DNA of 45,565 nucleotides from Candidatus Omnitrophota bacterium (GTDB lineage Bacteria; Omnitrophota; Omnitrophia; Omnitrophales; Aquincolibacteriaceae): NCBI GenBank assembly GCA_043803685.1, contig JAZDJU010000057.1, positions 1 to 45,565 of the forward strand, read 5' to 3'. Shown piece by piece: positions 44,001 to 45,565 of this stretch (position 1 is its first letter; each line of letters starts with the position of its first letter). The notes under the pieces were generated by a model. It saw only the letters and a program-made list of their open reading frames with translations, ran no database searches and was not told where the DNA came from. The position numbers and the translations under genes were made by a program.

Positions 44001-45565
44001 GGATCAGCCGTGAAACGTTTCTGAAAGCGGTGGAGCGGCATCCAAATCTTCGTCGTTATGATCCCGCCCAGAACCTGTTACCGAAGGTCCTGATCCTGAA
44101 GAAGCTGGGGATCCCAGTGGATCATGAATTAGGATCGCTCTCCAGTCTTGTAGAAAAGAGCCTCTTGATCCTGAATGAGATCGTTCGCGCGGCTGAGAAG
44201 GAGGGGCTGCGTTTCAAGACCGCAAGGGACTTGATCGCTTTTTATGACGATTTGAACCGTGAGATCAAGCTGAAAACGGGAAAGACAGCCGGGTTCGCTC
44301 TTCGAAAGGATCCGGAAGCGTTGCGGAGGTATTTAGAGCCGCTTGTCCGGAGATCCTTGCCTCAAAAGGAAGAATTCAATGCTAACGGACAACTGCCAAA
44401 GCCCGCAAAGTCTGTGACGCCGGCAAAGTCGGCAAAGCCCGTAACGCCGGAAAAGTTGGCAAAGCCTGTGACGCCGGCAAAGTCCGCAAAGCCTGTGACG
44501 CCGGCAAAGTCGGTCATTGAATTAGGGACGTCGAATTCTGTGATATTGGATCAGATGGATCCTGATTTTCGTCAGTGGGTAACAACAGGACAAATCTCTC
44601 CGGCAGATCGCTGGGCCTTGAGGACGATCTTGTCCGGCGATGAAGCGCAATGGAAGGAACTGATGGCCCGACACTCCAGAAAGGTATCGGTTCCGGCCCA
44701 GGATCCTCGATCTTCTGAGGCGAATAGCGGAACGGTTTACTTGAAGCTGAGCCGGCCTTTTCCCGCGCCAGGCGGAAACATTACCGTGCTTCGCATCGAG
44801 GGAGCCCGTGGATTTTCGCCTAAAGAACGTGCCGATCGGGAATATTTCTTGATGCTAGAGGGCAAAAGACTTGGGTTCGAGACAGATCATCCGATCGCTG
44901 TCGGGACTTGGAAGGGTCCAGCGCATGCGGACCGATCGATGGGTTTTGTGATCGCTGGGATGTGCGCCTGCGATTTCAGAATTCGTCTTAACGGAAAAAA
45001 TGCGGCAGAGCCCGTTCTATTCGAGGTTGCAACGGGGAAAACAGAGGGGATCGGGCCTAGGTTCGGCGCCTTGATCTACCGGCAGTTCGGCCGTTCTTTA
45101 CGCGCGTATCATGATGCTGGATATTTTTACCCGGCTTTTGATGCGCATAAGATGGGTGTTGATATGGAAAAGCATATTTTGCATCAAGCGATCCTCCGGG
45201 ACTTGAGTGAGACCGTGACCCGGGGTGAGCTTGAAGGGGAGGATCTTCGCCGCGCCGAAGCGGCTTACCGGTTCCTGAATGTTCAGTCGGTGATCGCGGA
45301 TGCGAAAGAGAAAAGGCCCAGGCTTTTCGCATACGAATATCGGCCTTCCAGATCGCCAGGTTCTTTTGTCGAGAATTTTTTAAAAGGGTATTTTCATGAG
45401 CTCTCTCCGGATTCCGCGCCGTTTTCATCTTTGGCGGTCGATGCGATGTCTGAAGAGTTCGCAAGGATGAGCGTGCAACTCAAGAATGGAGCGAGTAACG
45501 CCTTGAACGGACGCGCCGCTGCTGTGGGCAGCATTTGGGAGCGCCTGTATCGACTTGTGCCCGAA
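20096..45565 (+). CDS. Giant exported multidomain polyprotein, at least 8,490 aa, 3' end beyond the window
   Basis: ATG 20096 ([39 protein letters not shown] signal peptide); frame +2 reads to the last codon (..RLYRLVPE); the ORF track lists no frame +2 ORF after 20096, consistent with no stop; many recognisable domains in this frame. Confidence 0.95.
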   Translation, partial: MRIQTTPFGSNPFKRGVAIFTAALFLSTSLFNYAPSAFAQSQFQSPSSSDQVRGGNPSGNLHRLDRDREIRIPPEFGKIDEVYFEPRTTSHEPRSVAHGPWPVDQKTIVFIQDAHDSLEAQENIAKIIDHLVTNYGVKTVFEEGYEGPVPTDKYFGDIQDPKLREKVARFFMDHLRIGGAEYAHINRDTIHGTRATGKTGDTYHEPRATEKLVSGSWNVARGTDWNLIGADSLKLHKENVDQYRLSAAKKDAITKDLKALDREFKTLAGARFPKEFKEWLKVKEQFDAKKMDLFTYLARTLPLLEPRTTGHGPRSAKDQAWIVDRGSRSGLLRFILEAIKTNDPVVIEKAKQIDAREVFSELLKLEQAMAETYLEDADDKQLFEYYKVLGLLRRLNDLQVSQEEFTALRASLELGVGSSEKSSELKSPNSELFHTQGMAEFIHKQTRKTLILSRMWEQNIQDAVKFYEIASARDGALSEALDQYFLAESDKRTAVSKNVSAEYNAYPLPLTADTRTAILVYGGFHKEAIKRILEAKGFSYIVVSPRITKPSPRHEEFYKKLMTDGALPFERSIASGLATAARNLTLYSGMPDTVARAEVRAVSDALLANPQADLGTLDRQLSIARRPEGEVRAADSFRSLAGVQDKARSEVRGALSWLEGMKETIGEFMAVGQALYPPFIFWPILIVMGGGIFMIVYGGIFRPLQYFFYFRNEKQKHQLFKDRLADFLNNQRNGQWQERPEEAKATIASFLEELDRKEFFKRPLPIAIGILNQYGSGIGAPILVAKLDASSTGIMLRSFFGLINAYLGEKEHASYFSHRFDQSVDRYFTTGRRSGGEVGVRSEVRAASGDQASLASQKERREQQTPVNYKSLLNDIWQSIPKEQRGTKVEYIVLPEEDGKQYRASVTFELFGKTWMFTATQTQPDRKWAEREAAYVAYEDVAFRDLLASKNIALPLPQTKLNEKSASFNELGELCAGLQLSFPRIATIHSGRARDLQFETTITIETEPGKGYLFTSGRVPQDRDRSRLNAIQEALTGLRNGTAVVRSIPLKTDLPEGPKMIALGGAKEIGASMLFLELGNARVVIDSGLRFEKGNELPDIRLLKRLQPTHIVLTHGHLDHSGAIPLLRTNFPHTKILTSYATKDITKIMLRDTVKINELQTKEGDREFPLYDEGLVNEAIANMQGLEFDRWYNLADDVKMMLARAGHILGAASVVFATPRGNVLVTGDFSIKPQALLEGLKLPEMPIDVVFSEATYGNTEHHDLAEEGKALAASVKRVIERGGTVLIPAFAIGRAQMVAKILEQYQKTEPGYPKFPIYLGGLARAITKLYDLYREDIQLQTLSGEKVTQGNERLFFEKGSAIREISDPRNLQQYLAQPGCIIVPSGMLNGGLSPEFAKLILPERKNALFLVGYQDEESPGAKMARVQPGDMLSIGKENTRVRVQAEVIRYGLSAHADKADIISLISRLDPQQVYLWHGELSATDALQKALKERMQERHVVTLSSLQALKLDMPNDRQKAFDEITANSLPEDTDQGGLNLETDAHVRALWAALLQQPQRISTPADIRRFFLRKDVHRFYPEIRIVKILNSPLGRRFFNAIWAGNQTFFSPKLPGEIEQKKFRSEIRDLDQFPSLARPEGETQARAEVRDHKTESESTERRSEGEVGARSDTPVKQDGTVPLSRAEVREGSWPTWIRSATGPMRYRDLYERFFAVRGEYQGDIHVVIAGPGYMENAGGILSSPQTIEILAALKRDSKVHCTIIDREPRVVQIATHPGIYPFDNIYPFDTEKPMWKSLMALMGGEAGRDREYTLFHVDPEQTKNFQIQGMVQEFEKMDYGEDQTDLFIGTQSFIYALKEMKDKTERMNFLSRVVRSLKPQGRLFIDEHTFGAILGERLGGRDATQKKQIMLSYIPLLSQTINATAGAEVKIEIHGEIVEILKTESRSEARAATEPVKLPEKEKTSSFVSAEVRQFFAHLATMTEGIERQRQNMVRGAVLSGCVGALFLISWLFPFRADIPEGWAALSSLFVSLCVGAMSGFITHKIWDSRSRKYSLYYLDNIKKIAHPEREENLQTLKTLIPGADDLGKAYDMMLSDVTTRFKNGRLSGRLSVRLRILPRGQENPRHTFWKGFWNRAVAEIRFDHSRIVIKAKGKKEEVFPVVIPTGDYSSVKALVIQGRKAIRRNIEELIFEKTGARLGRSFEEIVGLMEASGRVVTLEVTGETIALHSDLDEVSVTIDDQGEILKLPFYSHGLYSPTLFKRYGKYLFGYHSHPVIRGITPDDMDVIESSSETFDRPIPEIIWSRNGSTELYGDVYMPVPEKISERNGLESYFGVSDVPVLTLKVTLPSEFNLGSTPAANARSEMRTVPLEMRTELSEVVNVSRTQRPSLSTAEPMSSVAREILKLLASVDGRYIRRSHVTPRIVQLLLSIQRDGKPVFRHGHAQKIGNLRKIGERLPLLEYLLAYKSSVAGKSTFMFQGTHISMILKSSRSQDEIKRVIELLIKLKITESSPISKIVFSSRPEEEIPGLVRVLRRLGITENSPVATILQGTRPEAESERVIEVLRKLEINESNPIAMILNSSRREEEIPELIGLLKKLGITGSNPVAMILQSSRPEDEIKRVIELLDGLGITESNPVAKILHSDRSEDEIKRVIELLDGLKITGSSPVAKILESSRSEAEIKRVIELLDGLKITRSSPVAMILQSSRSEAEIKRVIELLDGLKITRSSPVAMILESSRSEAEIKRVIELLDGLGITESSPVARILHSSRSEADIRKVIGMLRGLEITDSHPISLILQSSRPEAEIKRVIKLLDGLGITESGPVAMILYSSRREDEIPELIRLIKSLGVTESNPIARVLRSSHDQGQIKKMIEFLDGLKITGSNPVATILQSSRPKDEIKRVIQLLNGLGITESGSVAMILYSSRREDEIPELIRLIRGLGITESLPIARIIKRSRSKKDLKAFDGYKRKMEEKHYPGHFVPYVLSRLALSKSPDSLFSKIIAFDFNVARSYAEQMPLNTSRREFDSYFGSMFGGMFDGMGEWLLRFLGKDFRSLRAVIRGYAKELLLLDVFPEGMGMDRMSPVSQTTGVDRSRLWQFLEPSIAALSHDEQEVVEAFLEGITESEIGVMYPYISFQGLLDKLRAALEQGVDLREGVYSATFNRYTGFEPPMEDAPSGEPTFAMPLLPDASGGLGDALETRSEMRSAEGPRARTALDGYADSMALYPRGLLHSIDLRESLDPFDKTNYEFVETPEGNYWRSKHFKGANELVLGSWEDIVAVDPALPAKMKRNIVTRYKLSDGKTASFYYFDDHGRSVAYAMEAVARGEMPAVGNTQIFIDAHEDNHEAPASPSMPISLEDWDSLTGTQVRADNFNTALGRIQFLKNHLHIKRVGNASKFDYWLVGKKQSYFEFRMRPQNQPAMINIDTDTTGQTKYFLNAPSPKLGVEASDLRFYSELLLRLSRKDGVSPSTFHATTTSAHATQDVYTEFGDVRIVQFLARVAPAILLYPPEKLSETKLTPLINQVIPAYVTARPSAGNVKSRSEVRTGIVGNPFPRLRSMGQVGRTHLFNAFTGKYEMRNLLKGGPIRQPDFFAALSRDESKLEMLRRKYGEMVGDTSFDPNFANPEDVVAFDPVIDQFLEGKLGASLIYKPNHGAWSQKVFFLTRDTENNVTVSMNLGKGLITNDFAKTLRDYFKETGEAEIRENSSDSANPMVRFTLPSSREDLRNILLKIKDRISVWEVDNTHHHFAEYDSGMIESAMDFVKPDGFAYETRHRLKGNLLKGTTTLDKKSARQMGMEALTGPSGWFARLGSDAYFTGGEDILYPQMFQPLFKELHLPKTRQKEFEEHVDQLVKAEFEYLANRLKAAGIFLDADLEVQFDLMWLPPEKNSDGFPVPIVIEAAIHRSSDKGIPEKIPVRSEDPGRRPEGDVKARSEVRDETDAGPGTPDPGQQPGQSIQPPREQEIQPWQKEISEKMMRILNSHKRQSSLPWVFFSVFGLGLLYLTHGLKITAAVFLPMVFSIYFHEIGHWFPDKIAQYKSSLRGTPMFKSMELGFSYYLSLPQHEFSVSIKQHLASLRGGGVANLALSLVSLLLLTGAIHSFVISLSPVVIANYPAFFLILALGGSAVWSFLGVFNLFKFAPDGKAIAEYKNIIEILNTARQHHSFIPEQVLEIKINLQKVFYKKRFAIKTPDGIFLFMESGRRRPKGLGTRRPKDSGDFLYLASSANFLPLKLRGKLVRTMRGSGHFKFKNKYYSVYKIVNFPAALTGSDTSAEQHPAGSVKSRSEMREQKRDYYEALGVSKAASASEIKMAYRELAMKYHPDRNPDNPDAAAKFKEVAEAYEVLSDVEKRATYDRYGHNASMQSMVEQTKAPAYGMDFVKGLFAEHERREKEVAERTAEEKVSGGRSEGDVQSRSEVRQDVSNVSSQKRRINLSRLPAPEGYNRTPVPDDKLDRAVPYPEYRPNFFTSSEVLKHAYSEKNPTDWADPQDFQKILSDIQAGKRTPFYSYEGEIFRDPETGLPLNRERTGTLGRGIGQYGVNLAVDMILTYTDPDSGQVMMLVGKRADSGKWTSAGGFVDRIVKDGRVVLEYLLGSPETYRNMDAGKPRDGTGLAELVEEMGVRLTPEEISSAVILEQRKVWDHRDTDNAESQTTAFHIHLSPERAKAVNARVVNPDELTEVKWASVGAIDPRTMHATYGNFLPDIERSARRDLATRIREAKERQKPLYITDFGDGTGPAVVSTVDVDTLVGPPETILQRSEIRAVEERRSELRIRSPHYVAKGGIRTFGKALLVGVMAFTMSLLGDPAVGGDKLDSAFREQGAIQYKIEKHGSPPYAPWNEKDSLDHVAPLLDLMQEFQTTRIQTKDIATLSGLHRAFFSKLQEALKARGGLSLAVRPIPLKVEDPDYLKLFHELVLGDLTNYFARHGLVAPFQNLEIQEIETVLTKNGQTTRTSYFLPVYPSPEQYYLVLEKDPSSVLTHIPGAAELPCSVVMVQPAEIPVVGGSVTVKPYREAFGSQGEGGFSDGVTAFIRADLSEDMVRKSLRNLQKIPAENLNRLFDPSVRFKTMLEGVRSPHPSNPDIVKVMAFPAFDLTSAAGFTGLRLLGQMAAQKGRFDGELYLKKTQASIASHEEGHVRMAQGNRAERIVSAIVSRQMNAKEMDVAPKDFEEAQTLSELYARLENFKRTPLSYLESLMGSVGRLKVLSETDSAYWNAETQIYQAILTELGANAAAYGLKLDPPGAEILVAGGTSGEKKMKMPSKEVQIVGQLAEIVENQGRLARLYQGVLVKINLKARIQALGNRYPLWDPQSETSSAGSTQRRPEGDVQSRSEVRRGLPMEEVGPSWKEQTIHLGHSLNIALASLWTVLHATAILQSFSGFLEHPLVSLGWITIGLILVELIQRGISFKNSVSTSSAEDETNGFFYEEFIASNRMPMDVWGFLLSKAFFEEICFRWFFFFVLQDAGMAEWNWVVLFFISGWFSAAHLNISLKDAVVRWLLGMVLGGLYLFSGSIFPPALVHFLSNLFTYYELKKHDEREAAGRTSGTLHEAPSAVPDEFARSEMRELGLEDFIRSMKDKPGFTYHKESMEPGKWFEVVTRDIGGGQVLELSRFVNDKTPGIAKGTFILCVYGAEKKEASFYLMQSRYDDGAYFFPAGNMFSDPDEDEAYAHRISEDPEAITGFMFEEPLKLTVFAREDALFAIAEKYHILEFVYPTPDGHQITIRFAPSPRSDLPSARSEGRIRPDSMNRAEMSLSPDASRTSRDSLDGRSEMREEKLDGGRRRVEGEAKQENAMAAVEELLVKQYKFQPYAEHRLLVTHPVYGKVMDAFLVTQGVYFDGTVEGHAKFPFESQEVGRGDTEISMFWGPEGLFIRLGDYAIADQSLKEIIPQSLHDRVVFLTNIDHQFQEIWSGLDYAIPYLAQIYKAREVFQKENVLEFGIGRGIAALLAIKLGAKRVVGIEIDPAVREELQEEMALNGITDQQIVFVEGGFADKGMLDLLKAYGPFKIGMGNIGPHFDYDKDATEDHGRAKGLGQDGSNLEALKLFYQLQKSGSLTNGFHYVGSGFSEEFLQGQNVGHYAPGGEIEFLKNHFAIKDAHTTIFRKSLNRMDHLFFFHSYHMALSPRVGPLGQDPYGGYYGNLRFEDFPQARSKTREGEKETNLVTNPWDWDQVTFDQVDPGFDEWVRSGNISLKDLQLLKLILLGDQNVLDALREKLSSKIDMKFQDKAAPLTNGRTIYLKLYKPFPTPHGDITILRIKGARPRSNGDPVTVQSHRGIGQVKKPIEVDKDGNPYVASLRLLPETGEIDPIDLAPQGGMGEENADMEYRLMQAGISGHGFETDHPIAAGTWKGRTHAGRPIRFAIAGLRQEDVRLTIDVSKATDPKELLINEATGKVLKTDLEMSKETYRQMGRSLRAYHDDGHFHRFPYKANWGVEMGPDHSVRVIMRDLDTTVERADIKEGDPKRMEATYRLLDVQRVIADLSLLGSIYLHEFGEDPEFMEVVRPLIESFLAGYFYDLSPDSEEFLQLTHDAASKEFASMRVESKAKGKITLAEDAPFYGNVWKHLYNLAPEPSASQKPQDRNLSRSEVRGPEEDPKREARDEKILGQMGPWLDLLEKYYGPYGFKKEDYVRLGWSSALLHRIPLERFEANLKMLVEDPVLADFLPPAVMLDLLNNRSVDSHSIDITLHGIAYGILDLEKSKLEAYRDALNYLRDETFIGSDALREALRVDPRLIEALEYSSRESGFFYLKENLRRMGREPLIAYLRQHPDHVREILLRYTREYRLQLELERIQKFEEGMGTVAFRALWAVNPFQLLVIMETIDRFISERWFFRFYKGSSGWLRDLLDYYLTEFTDETGFLAPIVSSSDSIKTVLGRGLLRIYKSGFRKAVLYAFAPLWTGSDLGRGADARIRSWFLARSLLSGDEGLIRKVMKPAGALAAKWLDLETFADRDQSLKKDFEKDRLQEERGLLTALFTSNVYLIIAANIDWKMKAAGFSRGLFKSLVSARSESFSEGDSSLQFSAEILAKLSPAQAESIVAHEWGHNILNDCKYLEALPERDRSTYGEFISDLFGLTHAQLRFGDAGVRDYFHMDSHPSFANGFFKNLPEDSKEHHDRARLEILAFVKTLGGKLDWHEVLRKTKRELERMQDPAFPETEREFDRFVKRLTEHFSSRSEMRSQKADGEKTVSAQDGAAENFPEFLRVILSKRRQLRKEGVTGEAATEQLLQKGYSGEAIAQAFDALKGTLELKRAGEPLFSEEQAEALWAMRKANSRYGLLTQMMDLQQNGQYVFTAPQIFRVVTEYVLGTEATVLDQIHWLLDVKREPFFSSSYIAQMVSFGKPSPAERSWIKELMAIKDAEGKPFFEASQIVEILINSESIEAKTIFITELMAMKDPQGKPLFKGTQISRIVLSSRSIEEKKALIKILNAPVDHDPKSSLAGSQITRFIQKSKAFEVKDIEEAFKISKKARIFLDPFSLMFIWDGKGMLKRWLTQEFSALPEEEKRWIYSITRETRLRPEDLRALIEVLFKGDEKSEITAALEAKQRLSKTLAHSIRGRVLTKDDSETVRVLLADPDPEVREAAFQAILAYLSQALRKYPDWVEKNISSREDAWKAADIRIRRYDWARSSAGLENLFRNLIIVVNRSETYLEEKKGTVSGDLLEGSALRDVFMDAEGKRVAPIQEELRREEDGQLPAEIRDHPGLIALNHEENLMPKLRMVRELGVPPGGELAAMLSIASKNVKVLQKIMEVVRRQGVPLTQLKQLIEIYLKLNKAVWAKFQKNVGWWVRDDPEALQRKVVPILKKVVSRFHAKSEAQGILEEKLEPLLVELGISREAFLKAAETHPWLLRHGPEEDLLPKARILKRLGIPDEDLFKALLAVAKQMNLSILEEIARTAEKEGRSVKQPDTLLRLYGRLHQGAGEPVGALVRRNPKALQKTVIPLLKTLVPEIMPLPGENLEPLLKELGISRETFLKAVERHPNLRRYDPAQNLLPKVLILKKLGIPVDHELGSLSSLVEKSLLILNEIVRAAEKEGLRFKTARDLIAFYDDLNREIKLKTGKTAGFALRKDPEALRRYLEPLVRRSLPQKEEFNANGQLPKPAKSVTPAKSAKPVTPEKLAKPVTPAKSAKPVTPAKSVIELGTSNSVILDQMDPDFRQWVTTGQISPADRWALRTILSGDEAQWKELMARHSRKVSVPAQDPRSSEANSGTVYLKLSRPFPAPGGNITVLRIEGARGFSPKERADREYFLMLEGKRLGFETDHPIAVGTWKGPAHADRSMGFVIAGMCACDFRIRLNGKNAAEPVLFEVATGKTEGIGPRFGALIYRQFGRSLRAYHDAGYFYPAFDAHKMGVDMEKHILHQAILRDLSETVTRGELEGEDLRRAEAAYRFLNVQSVIADAKEKRPRLFAYEYRPSRSPGSFVENFLKGYFHELSPDSAPFSSLAVDAMSEEFARMSVQLKNGASNALNGRAAAVGSIWERLYRLVPE
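20300..21790 (+). other. Domain in giant CDS: TIKI/TraB/ChaN/EreA-like N-terminal domain
   Basis: IVFIQDAH (20426), [18 protein letters not shown] and AILVYGGFH (His at 21668), in the order expected for this superfamily. Confidence 0.6.
20348..21632. repeat. Five in-frame heptamer inverted-repeat insertions in the N-terminal domain
   Basis: About 20348-20408, 20660-20762 and 21008-21078 (CCACGRR/CGTGG units); 21331-21390 (GAGTT/AACTCCG); 21552-21632 (AGCGRTA/TACCGCT). Confidence 0.75.
22697..23215 (+). other. Domain in giant CDS: two dsRBD-like motifs
   Basis: [35 protein letters not shown]; second copy [36 protein letters not shown]. Confidence 0.6.
23267..24600 (+). other. Domain in giant CDS: MBL-fold beta-CASP ribonuclease (CPSF-like)
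   Basis: [66 protein letters not shown] and WHGE all intact. Confidence 0.92.
25154..25921 (+). other. Domain in giant CDS: class I SAM methyltransferase (CheR-like layout)
   Basis: [28 protein letters not shown] and [11 protein letters not shown]. Confidence 0.6.
25937..27172 (+). other. Module in giant CDS: two TM helices plus JAB/MPN-like domain
   Basis: Hydrophobic pair at about 26070-26215; LEVTG...GYHSHP (26900)...ITPDD, a JAMM-like motif with non-canonical spacing. Confidence 0.45.
27536..28930 (+). repeat. Coding tandem repeat: 15 x 93 nt (31 aa) helical repeats plus a partial 16th
   Basis: Consensus [31 protein letters not shown]; span is 1,395 nt, exactly 15 x 93. Confidence 0.97.
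29090..29530 (+). other. Domain in giant CDS: degenerate sigma-70-like regions 2 and 4
   Basis: [30 protein letters not shown] (compare FliA RIRGAMLDELR) and [38 protein letters not shown]. Confidence 0.5.
29702..30712 (+). other. Domain in giant CDS: UPF0489-like (arginase/deacetylase fold)
   Basis: [18 protein letters not shown] and INIDTD. Confidence 0.65.
30728..31888 (+). other. Domain in giant CDS: ATP-grasp, YheC/YheD-like
   Basis: [37 protein letters not shown] and QFDLMW..IVIEA. Confidence 0.55.
31904..32944 (+). other. Domain in giant CDS: M50/site-2 protease-like intramembrane metalloprotease
   Basis: TM-embedded HEIGH (32165), GGGVANL and FNL....PDG. Confidence 0.7.
32966..33172 (+). 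other. Domain in giant CDS: DnaJ J-domain
   Basis: [55 protein letters not shown]. Confidence 0.95.
33353..34369 (+). other. Domain in giant CDS: NUDT9-like Nudix (ADP-ribose pyrophosphatase-like)
   Basis: [50 protein letters not shown] and D.RDTDNA. Confidence 0.8.
34415..36085 (+). other. Module in giant CDS: internal signal/anchor plus HExxH zincin-like domain
   Basis: [25 protein letters not shown] (35489) and downstream SELYA. Confidence 0.5.
36101..36775 (+). other. Domain in giant CDS: CPBP (CAAX protease II/Abi) intramembrane protease
   Basis: EEICFR, FSAAH and HFLSN within hydrophobic helices. Confidence 0.85.
37860..38300 (+). other. Domain in giant CDS: PrmA-like class I SAM methyltransferase
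   Basis: [38 protein letters not shown]. Confidence 0.8.
38610..39815 (+). other. Domain in giant CDS: protein kinase-like fold, SelO-like (copy 1)
   Basis: [36 protein letters not shown] and IMRDLD. Confidence 0.6.
39869..41620 (+). other. Module in giant CDS: helical region plus HExxH zincin-like domain
   Basis: SIVAHEWGH (41219) followed by GEFISD. Confidence 0.55.
41840..42460 (+). repeat. About six degenerate 35-37-aa helical repeats related to the 31-aa array
   Basis: [23 protein letters not shown] / [28 protein letters not shown]. Confidence 0.7.
43190..44350 (+). repeat. Three 135-144-aa repeats containing mTERF-like motifs
   Basis: [21 protein letters not shown] (43202), [21 protein letters not shown] (43634) and [21 protein letters not shown] (44039). 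Confidence 0.75.
44405..44512 (+). repeat. 27-nt coding tandem repeat x4 (AKPVTPAKS), Pro/Lys linker
   Basis: gcaaagcctgtgacgccggcaaagtc units. Confidence 0.9.
44540..45565 (+). other. Domain in giant CDS: degenerate paralog of the kinase-like domain (copy 2)
   Basis: Shares [27 protein letters not shown] and GYF..LSPDS with copy 1. Confidence 0.8.

Noticed and set aside
20187..45464. Dozens of short ORFs in the track across the second half
   Set aside because: All are in other frames or antisense to the giant frame +2 ORF and lack recognisable motifs.

Overview
The window has two halves. Positions 1-19.6 kb are ordinary chromosomal genes: SulP, an FMN-binding protein, hemW, a rubrerythrin-like protein, gpmA, tRNA-Asn, two exported phosphoesterases, DUF485-actP, a B12 radical SAM enzyme, uvsE, an APC permease, an SGNH-like protein, a YSC84 protein, a deaminase and a flippase. 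Positions 20096 to the end are one + strand reading frame of at least 8,490 codons. It is absent from the ORF track because it has no stop inside the window; the small ORFs listed there are out-of-frame or antisense shadows. Manual translation gives a signal peptide, a TIKI/TraB/ChaN-like N-terminal domain, and then about 15 unrelated cargo modules separated by 21 copies of an R-[SA]-E-x-R linker, mostly RSEMR or RSEVR. The cargo includes 2x dsRBD plus a beta-CASP RNase, two SAM methyltransferases, JAB-like, UPF0489, ATP-grasp, M50 and CPBP proteases, a J-domain, a NUDT9-like Nudix, two HExxH zincins, a duplicated SelO-like kinase fold and mTERF-like repeats. The most striking module is an array of 15 x 31-aa helical repeats with hypervariable residues at fixed positions, fused to a degenerate sigma-70-like domain; this is a candidate TALE-like programmable transcription effector. 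The overall architecture suggests an exported, proteolytically processed effector polyprotein, probably from Ca. Omnitrophota (inference). All domain calls come from recognising motifs by eye, not from database searches.
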